The notes below the pieces were generated by a model. That model did no database searches and was not told the DNA's origin. It saw nothing but the letters and a program-made list of their open reading frames with translations. A DNA stretch of 64,000 nucleotides, from the NCBI GenBank assembly GCA_002269645.1, contig NIVC01000102.1, positions 453,950-517,949 on the forward strand, written 5' to 3'. The DNA comes from Macrostomum lignano. Taxonomy: Eukaryota. Each line of letters begins with the position of its first letter. Position 1 is the stretch's first letter. Below are positions 52,440-64,000 of the stretch, piece by piece. A program made the translations under genes and the position numbers.

Positions 52440-54713
52440 TGCTTAAGAAACTACGGTGCTAAAATTCACAGAGGCAGCTGCTTTTATGCGAGTTGCAGCT
52501 CAAAATTTATGGCTTTCTTGAGTGCGTTTTTTACCTGGAGAGCTTTTTCTTTGTTTCTTTTCTAAGAAACTAACGAAAAGAAATTTTAAGACAAATAACT
52601 TTTTGCAAAAGATTCTTCCTCAGTTGCTTTTGATTGTCTCCTCCTGAAGTTGTTTTTCGACTAGAAATACAGCAGCAGTGCAGCGGCCAACTTCGTCCCT
52701 CTGCTGCAGCCAATAACGCTGCGCCAGCTAGCAGATTTTCTCTCAGCTTCTGAATTGTCTTGCCCTAGGGAACCGGTTGTCAAGGCAATTCATTTTTGCA
52801 GCGTGTTTCATGTGTAGATCTGCTTTCTACAGAGCACGTGGAGCACGTGGCGAGAGTAAGAACGCTGTTGAGAAAGTTTTCTAACGAATGAAGTGCACGC
52901 TGGAGCCTGAGAAACTGCACATGTTGCAAAAGTCTTTCCAAATCCCATTGTTACGCATTTACCGGTAAATACAAAGGCAATCATTGACCTGTAGAGCGCC
53001 TGTCTTAGCGGGATTTTTTTGCAAAAAAAATTAGACAATTTTTTTCGGAAATACTTCAACATTCATACTGAAGCCTCTGCGAATGGATAGTTTTTCACGA
53101 TTACGCCAAAAGCTTGTATTTAGAATTAGAATCAAAGCAGCGATTCTGTAAAAAATATTTAATAATTGCTGGAAACTGTGTATATGTAAGTCTGTAAACA
53201 GTTTCAAGATGTATTATAGCTCGCAGTTATTTAACTTCGTACCCAGCACACTCTCGTGCATATGATAGCTAAAAAGTATTCTTTAAAGTAAACTATGGAC
53301 TATAGGGGGCTAGAAATCCCCAAAAATAGCTATAACAAAGTAAGCCGAGAACCTCGTAAGTGGAGGAAAGGCTAGAGTAAGTTTAAGCAGGCTTAATTAA
53401 AAGATGAGGAACCCAAGACAATAGAAAACAAGTAAGGGCCCTACAGTGGTATGCAGCAGCCCATTGACAAATCTACACAGCAGCCACCATCCAAAGATGA
53501 CCGAGGCGGTTGGCATGCGGAGAATATTAAATGAGCCCGGCACGGAGGCCGCTCCTGGAGGGAGGAGCAGCGGCCGCGTGCCCAAGACCGATGGGCAACC
53601 CCTGATGGGGCGTAGCAACCGTGGACCAGCCCACACAAGAGGGCATGCAGTAAAAAGAACTCAGGACTGACGTACATGTAACTTCCCCCAAATATTCTGT
53701 CTTAAACAGAGAAAAAAACTGATGACTTCAACCGCCTAACCCTTCGCCCCCGTAGCAGCTTGCGTGTTTATTGCAACCACGTACGCGGTATATACAGCCC
53801 CACTAGCGGCAGTGTGGATGAAATTGTGGCAGAATCATAAAATAGACGAGATATCAGTGATCTTCCTCGTTTTGGGGAATTCTATCCCATCAATTTTCTA
53901 TAAGCCTGAGCCTTAAAAGTTTTTTAAAGTTAAAGTAATGAAGATATAGCTACTCGTATAGCCAACCGGGATCTCGGTTGTATAAGTTTGTATAATGTTG
54001 TATAGGCAAGAAATTTGCTTGCGAGAAGTTTGCTTGGGGGACTTTTGCTTGCAGAAATTTGCTTGCCGAGGTCTGCCAGTCAAAGTTTTCTTGCGGAACC
54101 TTAAAGAACCTATTTTTGAGCTCTTGTGTATTTCTAATTTTCATTTTCTAAGATTCGTGCGAGAGTCGCCAATAGTGTTATGATTTTGTATGAGGATATG
54201 GCGGATTTGAAAAGCCCTAACCTATAAATGGAATAATTTAGTTTTTTATTGGGAATATATTTTCAACAGAAAATTGGACACAATTTCGAACAACCCAATC
54301 GGAAAGATTGGTTTATCTACGTATAATTACGTAGAGTTCGGTAACGGATATTCTACTTAAAGGCTGTTAAATTGTTTTAGCGTAATTTTTTCGTCTTCTA
54401 TTTGCCACAGATTTTTTTCACAAAATTTACATTTTTTGACGGAAAACGTTCAAAAAATATATCGGAAGGATTTTTCCTGGCATATGAAGATGCCCTTCAC
54501 ATCTAGATTTTATCATCAATATCCAAATAATTTATAGTACGTTGTTAATGTATCTATAATTATTACAGAAATATTATATTAGACAGAAATATAGTAAGCA
54601 AAAAAGTTAATAAAAATTCACGTGCATTTTTCTTCTTTGCAAGTGTGTATAAGAAACTTTTGTTTGTTTTTGTATGCAGTTTTAAATCAGATGCTCAATA
54701 AGTTCGTGTTCTT

Positions 54714-55088
54714 TGGTGACAGGAGTGACTGGGGTGACAGGAGTGACTGGGGTGACAGGAGTGACTTTGGTGACAGGAGTGACTTTGGTGACAGGGGTGA
54801 CTTTGGTGATAGGAGGGACTTTGGTGACAGGGGTGACTTTGGTGACAGGGGTGACTTTGGTGACAGGGGTGACTTTGGTGACAGAAGTGACTTTGGTGAC
54901 AGGGGTGACTTGGGTGACAGGGCCGGTGACTTTGGTGACAGGAGTGACTTTGGTGACAGGAGTGACTTTGGTGACAGGGCCGGTGACTTTGGTGACAGGG
55001 GTGACTTTGGTGACAGGGGTGACTTTGGTGACAGGGGTGGCAGGAGTGACTGGGGTGACAGGAGTGACTGGGATGACAGGAGTGACTG
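54714..55088. repeat. 18-bp minisatellite GGTGACAGG(A/G)GTGACTTT
   Basis: Read directly. Confidence 0.94.
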
Positions 55089-55091
55089 CAA

Positions 55092-55990
55092 TCACACACC
55101 ATGGCTAAGCCCAATCACACACCATGGCTAAGCCCAATCACACAACACCATGGCTAAGCCCAATCACACACCATGGCTAAGCCCAATCACACACCATGGC
55201 TAAGCCCAATCACACAACACCATGGCTAAGCCCAATCACACACCATGGCTAAGCCCAATCACACAACACCATGGCTAAGCCCAATCACACACCATGGCTA
55301 AGCCCAATCACACAACACCATGGCTAAGCCCAATCACACATCATGGCTAAGCCCAATCACACACCATGGCTAAGCCCAATCACACACCATGGCTAAGCCC
55401 AATCACACACCATGGCTAAGCCCAATCACACACCATGGCTAAGCCCAATCACACAACACCATGGCTAAGCCCAATCACACACCATGGCTAAGCCCAATCA
55501 CACATCATGGCTAAGCCCAATCACACACCATGGCTAAGCCCAATCACACACCATGGCTAAGCCCAATCACACACCATGGCTAAGCCCAATCACACAACAC
55601 CATGGCTAAGCCCAATCACACACCATGGCTAAGCCCAATCACACACCATGGCTAAGCCCAATCACACACCATGGCTAAGCCCAATCACACACCATGGCTA
55701 AGTCCAATCACACACCATGGCTAAGCCCAATCACACAACACCATGGCTAAGCCCAATCACACACCATGGCTAAGCCCAATCACACACCATGGCTAAGCCC
55801 AATCACACACCATGGCTAAGCCCAATCACACACCATGGCTAAGCCCAATCACACATCATGGCTAAGCCCAATCACACACCATGGCTAAGCCCAATCACAC
55901 ACCATGGCTAAGCCCAATCACACACCATGGCTAAGCCCAATCACACACCATGGCTAAGCCCAATCACACACCATGGCTAAGCCCAATCGC
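55092..55990. repeat. 23/26-bp minisatellite CATGGCTAAGCCCAATCACACAC, about 38 copies
   Basis: Read directly. Confidence 0.96.
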
Positions 55991-58649
55991 ATTAGATTTA
56001 CTAGTAGTTCCAAAGGAACCAAACTGTACTCTTGATACCAGTCCAAGTCGAAATCTGTTGCCTTGGTCAATAAAAAGGCTGTAAAATTCATCAATGTAGT
56101 GTTAATAAGCCATAAATATTTAAAAATGCTATAAAATATAAAATATAAAATATCTGCTTTTCAGAACTAGCCGAATCTGTCACGGACATTTTCCGCTATC
56201 GGTCTTGTCGCTCAATAAAAGCATTTTTGAGTTCTGGCCTGCATTTACTAGGAGCAAATGACCGATGAGGATTTACATAGAACTCCAGCAAGATGCTGAA
56301 ACTAGAAAGCAGTTGTGAATCTTCCTTCCTTGGCTGTAAATACAAGAAATTTGAAATTAAAATGTTTTACACTTTCAGAATAAGAGTCAGCAGCAGAAAG
56401 AAGTCTTGAATTCCATTCCTCGGCAGTCTGGGCTGCCCCAGTGGCGCATGCAAATGAGGCCAGGCAGGGTCCCCTACTGGCATGATTGGGTCTAAATAGA
56501 TTGCGCTCCTTCAAAAGCCAAAAAACAATTTCGTTCGAGTCCGGTACCCCTACCCCGAACACTGATTCACGGTACCATAGCCGGACCTGCACCCGAACTT
56601 TTGACACAGAACTGGTCAATAATTTTTTATCAATCAATAGGCTCTTTGGTTAAAATACAGCGGTTTTTTGTATTTTACATAAATGCAAATATTATAATAG
56701 CACAATTGCAACCCCGGATGTAATGTACAACTCATCTTTCTGTGCAATTGCCTAAAGATGCTGATGGTTCGGCGAAGCATGCCGCGCAAACAGTAATAAA
56801 GCTGAAATTTGATGAAAGAAAAGAAAAAAGAAAACATGCGAACATTTCGTTTTTGCATTCATTTTTTTCATAACTTGCCTAAAACTAAGTATAGTGTAGT
56901 AGTACGAATATTATGGCTTTATATAGAAATTTCTTATAAAATATTTTGCCAAAACATAACATTCTACTGTCAACTCACTAACTCAGTAGTGCTATATGCG
57001 TACCATAAGAACATTTTAATGGAAACAATTGAACATTTCACTATTTTATAGGTGCTGAAGCGCAACATAAATAGCAGAATAGACTTTTGTTTCCACCGGT
57101 GGGCCGCGGCGTGAGGGGTAAACGGTGTTGAGCCAAAAGCAACTCCAACCTTTGCCAACCAAGTTCGGGCGGTCCATTATACTGTCCGAACTGGCAATTC
57201 CCTCATTGCTAATTTGACACCCACTTTTGCCACACCGCCAAGTTTTACAATGTGCACATGTAGTTCTACCCATTTAAATAGTTGTTTTCGATACATATCG
57301 GCAAAAAATTAGGAGTACTAGTTCAGTAGATAATAGATTGGATATAATTTCATTTACTTAGAAAAAGTAAAAAGTTTTACGTTTGAAGAATTTGCACATG
57401 TAAATTATTAAGATACGGTAATCGATATCGAAAATTAACTTTAGTTGACTAGCGATTCTACTTATTCATCAGTAGTGCAACATGAGTATGATGAGAATAT
57501 TGCGATGAGAAAAAAGAAAAATTGTACAATTCGTTATAGTCTTGACATTAAGCAGAATAAACCAGACATCTACCGGTGGGACCGCGGTGTGAGGGGAAGC
57601 GATGTTGAAACAAAAGCAATTCCTAATTCTGCTACCAGACGGCAATTTTCCTCACGCTAATTCGATACCCCCACTTTTTGCTGTACATGTACATGTGCAT
57701 GTCACTTGCAACATGATGCGTGTTTGCACGAATTTAAATGTACACTTTCCAAACTGAGAATCCATGGATGTCCCGCACATAAATCTAGTCGTAATCAGCA
57801 ACAGTTCCGGTCCATGCAAAATCTCTGCAGAGGGACATCCGCTCTTTCAGCTAAATGACCAGTCATCTGCTGGTACATCCGGTGATGATTACTTGAGACG
57901 GATTCGAGCAGATTCCAGCAGCAGTCGGGACGAAGCGCCAAGATCACCTGAGATGCAGTCGAACGCATCAGAGCGGCGGAAGCTGTGGAAACCTCCGCTG
58001 CCGTCAACTCCAACACCGCCGCTGCCTGTTGCGCATTCTCTGCAGTTTCATGCGTCCCGAAGCACCTCGGTGGGCAGTCACTCTGAGGAAGGTCCAAATT
58101 TGAGCTGTGTTTAGCCGCTTGCTGCTGGAATTCACACATTGAATCAGCATTGATTGCAGTGTAGCGAAGGTTCTGCATAGACTTTGCTGTCTAGCAACAC
58201 TCTTAAAATCTTGGAAAAAGCTGTAAAAAGCGATTACAGAATAAGTGATCGAATTCATTCAATTCAGAGAATATTGCAGAATCTTTGCTGCACAGCATCA
58301 TCTTGCCGTTTCTAATAAAATTATTTGCTAAAAACTGCCTACGATTGTGGACTTTCATGTCATAACTGCGGTGCTCGCTACATTTCTGTTGTCTTGAGCT
58401 CACTCAAATACTGCGTATTTTTGTAGCGTTCCAGCTTTGGTCAATCTTGTAGGAAAGCTCAGCGTTGGCAACTAAAAACCGACAAGTCGTGGGGATGACC
58501 AGTTTTTGATGCTCAATTCTTTTGTTTGATCGCGTCATTCTTTAAATGTTTTTTAATTAGTGTATTTTGCTTGTGAATACGAGTACGATGCTATAAGCGC
58601 CAGTTCTATCTTGTCTGTTTGTCCCACCATATACTTGAGCTGCTAGTCT

Positions 58650-58850
58650 CCCATCTCACAGGGACTCACCTCCCATCTCACTGGGAATCGCCCTCCAATC
58701 TCACTGCGACTCGCCTCTAATCTCACTGGGACTCGCCTCCAATATCACTGGGACTCGCCTCCAATCTCACTGGAAATCGTCCCTCATCTCATTGGGAATC
58801 GCCTTCAATCTCACTGGGAATCGCCTCCAATCTCACTGAGAATCAGCCCC
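58650..58850. repeat. About 22-bp degenerate minisatellite CTCACTGGGA(A/C)TCGCCTCCAAT
   Basis: Read directly. Confidence 0.85.
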
Positions 58851-59542
58851 AATATCATTAAAAAATCGATTTTAAAATACCACTGCACACCTTCAATTCC
58901 AGGTGCCACAATTCGGCTATCAGTGCAGATGAACTCACAGGGCCACTCGTGCGCAACTCTGACTGATTTTGTTCATATTGGTTTACATTGAGTGCCGCAT
59001 TGTGCTGCAGAATGCATTGCCAGATTCATCCAATCAGAAGCTGCATGCTATGCGCAATCATTCTTATCAAGTCTGTTTTGTAAATTCAGCGTGTCTTGGT
59101 GACCTGTGCTCAAGTCTATGTGGGTTGGGCTGCTCATGTTAGCAGAGCGGTTGCTATGGGGTTGCGAATCAAAGCCTGACACCCTGACATCCGCCTTCCA
59201 GACAAACTGCAATCGATTTTTTATCCCGCGCCTGTGGTCTTTTGTGCCTGTCAGTGTGTGTCTGCTCTCTGTGCGTGTGTCTTTTCTGTCTGTCAGTGGG
59301 TGTCTGCTGTCTGTCTGTGTGTCCGCAGTCCAAAGCCGTCAAATTCCCGGGCCGCAGGCAGCTCCCGCGCTTTTCCCGACCGCTGCTCCGTCAGCGCCGT
59401 TTTTTCCAAAGCGTTTTGCTGACTTTTGCATTCTCGAGGCCGGCAGTTTGTTTTTGTTCGATTTTTAATAAATTTGAATTTTTTGTTTTAATGGGCAACG
59501 GCTGCGTTTGATTTATTTTGTCTTGGGCTGCGGGTTTAAGAA

Positions 59543-60100
59543 CAGGTGTTACAGTGTGTTGGTGCCTGTTAGACACACCCAAACCAGGGTGTTACAGTGT
59601 GTTGGTGCCTGTTAGACAACCAAACCAGGGTGTTACAGTGTGTTGGTGCCTGTTAGACAACCAAACCAGGGTGTTACAGTGTGTTGGTGCCTGTTAGACA
59701 ACCAAACCAGGGTGTTACAGTGTGTTGGTGCCTGTTAGACACACCCAAACCAGGGTGTTACAGTGTGTTGGTGCCTGTTAGACACACCCAAACCAGGGTG
59801 TTACAGTGTGTTGGTGCCTGTTAGACAACCAAACCAGGGTGTTACAGTGTGTTGGTGCCTGTTAGACAACCAAAATAGGGTGTTACAGCATGTCGGTGCC
59901 TGTTAGACGCACCCAAACTAGGGTGTTACAGTGTGTTGGTGCCTGTTAGACAACCAAACCAGGGTGTTACAGTGTGTTGGTGCCTGTTAGACAACCAAAA
60001 TAGGGTGTTACAGCATGTCGGTGCCTGTTAGACGCACCCAAACTAGGGTGTTACAGTGTGTTGGTGCCTGTTAGACACGCATAAACCAGGGTGTTACACT
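59543..60100. repeat. 41/43-bp minisatellite AGGGTGTTACAGTGTGTTGGTGCCTGTTAGACAACCAAACC
   Basis: Read directly, about 13 copies. Confidence 0.94.
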
Positions 60101-60717
60101 CGCAATCTAACACCCTAATACACAATGCCGTGTGCAGTTATTCAACATACTAAGGCTGCATAGAGTCACACTGACAGGCACTCGCAGACCCCAACTGTAC
60201 TGACTGTTCTATCGTACATCTCACTGTAACCATACAGCACTGAGTGCACTTTGATGCACTTTTACCTTGATCTGTTTGTCACTTTTACTGTCTGCATCAT
60301 CGGTGTGCTGTCTCCAGCATGCTTAATATTTACGCTAGTAAAGTACATTTATTTACCAAGCTTTTCCTCAAATAAGTAGCGTAAAATGCGACTGTACTAC
60401 TTTATTCAGCCACCGACTGCCCACTTCAAAATGCGTTTCATACTGAAATTATATTTAATTCTTCGGTGTTAAACTAAAACTATACTTAATGTTACTGTGG
60501 AGTTCTTTAATAGTTATTCATTAATATTACAATACTTTTATATAATATTACCGATTCGGTACCTACTTTAGGACTTAGCTTACCTATATATATCATATAT
60601 CCCAGTAACCCTATACTGTGAATTATTGCTGTGTAAATGATAATTGCACCTGCCTAATGGCTGCAATGTTCCAGTTTTCATTGGCTGGATTTCATGTCTG
60701 GACTTATGCTGAGATTC

Positions 60718-60968
60718 CCGACTCCTCTACTCAGCTTCCAGTTCCCCGTCCTCTACTCAGCTTCCGGTTCCCCGTCCTCTACTCAGCTTCCGGTTCCCCA
60801 TCCTCTACTCAGCTTCCGGTTCCCCGTCCTCTACTCAGCTTCCGGTTTCCTATCCTCTACTCAGCTTCCGATTCTCCATCCTCTACTCAGCTTCCGGTTC
60901 CCCATCCTATACTCAGCTTCCGATTCTCCATCCTCTACTCAGCTTCCGGTTCCCCATCCTCTACTAAG
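60718..60968. repeat. 26-bp minisatellite CTCTACTCAGCTTCCGGTTCCCCGTC
   Basis: Read directly. Confidence 0.92.
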
Positions 60969-61869
60969 CTTCTGCCCAGTGGGGAATTTCAGTACGCCCA
61001 ACCGTGCGCTGACGGCGGCGCCCCTTTTTGAGCGCCCGTGCGCCGACGCGTACGGTATAGGACTACGCCGCGCGGTTGCCCCGAACGGTGCGGGGCGCAC
61101 GGTTGGATTTATATCGAATATACTACTTTTATCATACTAATAGTAGTATAGTTAGCGCATGTAAGAAGAACTAGTTTACATTTTTGCATTTGCAGGCATA
61201 TTGTACGTACCGCTTATTGCACGAATTTCCCAAGGAATAACTATAAGAGTGTTTGCAATTACTTTAACTAATGAACTACTCGTAGCGCTGACTTTCATTT
61301 TATTTGTGTATTTACAGAACAACTTATAAATGAGAAGAAAAACTTACACTAACGAAATTTTGAGAATACGCAAGATTTCTACATGTAAGCATATTTTTAA
61401 AAATTACATGAACTTTAAAAATTGTAATAATGAAATAAAAGCAACATTAAATTTGATGTTAGCAACGGTATAGTGTCCGTAAAAAACTAAAAAGTAAGAC
61501 GTATAACGGAATAAATAAGAATTAGAATAGAACAGACAAAAAATAATTTACGCAAAAGTAAGTTCATTTCAAGCATTATAGATACGGGAAACAAGCCTGT
61601 AAACTTTCTCCTACATTTATAAATTTATTCGACGAGTTGTGACGAGTGTAAGCTAGGATTTATACCCATAAGGCTTGTTTCTCACCTCTCCTATGGTTTC
61701 TGCCCTTTCTGGCACCATCTCCCAAAAATTTCTGACCCCTCCAACAAAGCGTTTGCGCCTTCTGTGACAAAGTTTCTGAAGCCCTTTGAAAGTAACCCAT
61801 TCTACTGTATCGGTGTTCAGCAGTCGCAACTGTCGATACTTATTGATTTACATGCAAAAAATCCAGTCA

Positions 61870-63988
61870 TTAATAGTGGTCAGTGTCCCTCTGATCATCT
61901 TCAGACTCTGACGACGACACAAATTTTTGAAATGGCACCGGCCGCTGCACTAATTTGCGGCTCTTACGGCCCCGGCCCTGGCGCTTGCTTTGTGGCGCTT
62001 GGCGCTTTTTATGAGTTGACGGCGGTGCAGCTGAGGCAGCAGAGGCTGACAACCTTCTGTCGTTAGAAGGCGTCGATGCCGGATCTGCTGAGGCAGCAGA
62101 GGCTGACAACCTTCTGTCGTTAGAAGGCGTCGATGCCGGATCTGCTGAGGCAGCAGAGGCTGACAACCTTCTGTCGTTAGAAGGCGTCGATGCCGGATCT
62201 GCTGAGGCAGCAGAGGCTGACAACCTTCTGTCGTTAGAAGGCGTCGATGCCGGATCTGCTGAGGCAGCAGAGGCTGACAACCTTCTGTCGTTAGAAGGCG
62301 TGGATGCCGGATCTGCTGAGGCAGCAGACGACCCCCTAGGGCCCCTATTATTGGTCGGCGTTGATGCAGGGGCAGCGGGCCGATTGGCTGCTCCAAGTAC
62401 AGGCTGTCGCCGATGTATTCTCCCAGCAATTCTGTCGTTGCCGCGTTTGAGTTGATCCACAACGACAGTTTTTACATTGTCTCGGGAGGGACGCCCAAGC
62501 TCTTCAGACGGGCCATAGATGGTGGTGATGGCATCTGTGGGTTCAAAAGTTGACCGGTATATATTGTTGAGCGAAATTACGAAGCGCTAAGTTAGATTTC
62601 CTTAGTTTGGTATGTTAAATAAAGAATTGTTTTTAGATTTTGCTAATACTTGTACGCCTATGTTACCCATCTCCCCATTTAAAAGTAAAAAGGAATAAGT
62701 ACGGATTTATTTTGTGTAATAGACAGAAATTCCATACCTTGAAATCTCTCAATGAATACGGCACTAAAAGCCAATTCGCCATCTGATAGGATAGTCTCAA
62801 TCCCAGCGTTATGGGCTCTCGCCTGCAGGTCATTGCCCTTAAAGTTTATGACCGCCTGCATATTCGCCGACAGAGTGCAGTCCAGCATAGCCCGGATAGA
62901 ATCCTGCCATCTCTGTCTGCGACACAGACGCAGTAGAAGCCTCTGGAAATAGTTATGGTAATGATATACATTCTGTATTTTCAATGCTAATTTTGTATTA
63001 TACACGTATGTAAAGAGCTTTAAAGTTGATTTTCTGTCATACTACTCACTAGGTATAATCAGTAGAGTAACAAGAAAATTTTGCTTAGCTTAAGTTTGGA
63101 ATTTAATTTATCGAAAATTTAGCTTAAAAATGCTGACTTTCTAATTCTAACACATTTTGCATGGCCAGAGGCTAAATATATATTTGTTGGCGAAAGATAA
63201 ATATATTTTACCAAGGATGCTAAATGCTCCACTGGCCGCTCGTCAGCAAACTGAACGTACTGCTCCCAGCTTCTGATAGGCCAAAAGGTGGTCTCCGGTG
63301 CAGCGTCTGGGTCCAGTGAAGCTGAGATCCGCGTCAGCTCAGCACGCATTCCCGACACCTCGTTGACAACTCTGTTGAGATGCTCCACGAGCTGAATATG
63401 CCGTACCTCGGACTCCCGAAGGTGAGTTAGCTGCACAAATAGCAGCCCAAGAACACTGTCCAACGGGCCCGTGTGGCGTCTTTCAAATTGGTCCTGTAAG
63501 GACCGAATGCCTTGCGGCCACTGTTGCTGTTGCGATGTTGCTGCAACTGTCTGAGCTGAATTTTCTGAAAACATCCCACTTGATGCCGCAGTTTCGCCTG
63601 ACGGACTCTTTGGCACGGTAGAGTCATTCGGGACTCGGCGCCTCGGTTTTGGTGTTGGCGGCGGGCCTGTTGCTGATGGCGTCGGCACCGGGGCAGCGTC
63701 CTCTACGGCTGACTCAGTCTCGAGTGGCAGAGACTGCACCGACTGTGGCGGTTGCATGGTCGTATCGTTGCCCCCAGCTTCTGGCGACACAAGCGATGTT
63801 GGTGGTTGAGACTCCTCGGCCGCGTTTCTGTCATCCGAACTAGGTGACATGGGCAGAAGCTGAGCTGCCGTCTCTACCACTTCTGCTGCTCCAAGCCGAT
63901 AACAAACCGCCTCACTTCGCTGCTCATCATCTGCATCCCGAGTCTCGAAGAAGGTGTCTGTATCAGACGCGGAGCCTATTGCAACATC
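61870..63988 (-). CDS. DUF4806-like domain protein, 5' end outside the window; exons 63988..63212, 62942..62738, 62534..61870
   Basis: GT-AG junctions in phase (0, 0, 1). Disordered N-terminal part, then WPIRSWEQY..LASL|RLLL..DSIRAMLD..LS..INFKG..LAFS..|DAI..VVDQLKRGNDRIAGR. Family call is by recalled resemblance only. Confidence 0.62.
62031..62330 (-). repeat. Coding 57-bp repeat (ASAASADPASTPSNDRRLS), about 5 copies
   Basis: In frame in the last exon. Confidence 0.9.
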
Positions 63989-64000
63989 CTGTGTGATTTA

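Noticed and set aside
54622-55131. ORF with many RGD motifs (GDRGDF)n
   Set aside because: It is an 18-bp minisatellite open in several frames, with no ATG start, signal peptide or splice support.
56302-58403. Short ORFs of 60-127 aa between the duplicated modules
   Set aside because: No recognisable motif or consistent exon chain, so they cannot be supported as genes.
59543-60100. CRISPR-like appearance of regular 36-43-bp repeats (also at 44.2 and 50.7 kb)
   Set aside because: Head-to-tail units with no unique spacers, no cas genes, and a eukaryotic context.

Overview
Eukaryotic (invertebrate animal) genomic DNA with short GT-AG introns, GC-rich exons and very many minisatellites. A free-living flatworm such as Macrostomum is my inference, not something the sequence proves. 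1-5 kb: a three-exon gene fusing about 20 ankyrin-like repeats to a Mab-21/cGAS-like nucleotidyltransferase (cGLR). 7.0-11.7 kb: a young full-length Ty3/Gypsy LTR retrotransposon with 216-bp LTRs, GCTT target-site duplication (TSD), tRNA-iMet primer site and a -1 frameshift signal. 13.3-24.7 kb: four closely spaced minus-strand genes (caspase with QACRI, NDUFAF7, stand-alone WRN-type exonuclease with a Ku-binding motif and an SQ-repeat insert, UBE2J2/Ubc6). 25-39 kb: a nested-transposon block containing an 8-bp-TSD DNA element, an 87-bp palindrome and a 1841-bp-arm inverted repeat. This block shows a strong GG>AG / CC>CT, TAG/CTA-rich, CpG-poor hypermutation signature. 39-64 kb: decayed Gypsy and LINE pieces, a CORE-SINE, a fibrinogen-related gene, two C-type lectin genes, an ankyrin exon, a three-copy dispersed module, about ten minisatellites and a DUF4806-like gene running off the right edge. 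All counts and alignments were made by eye; no searches were run.
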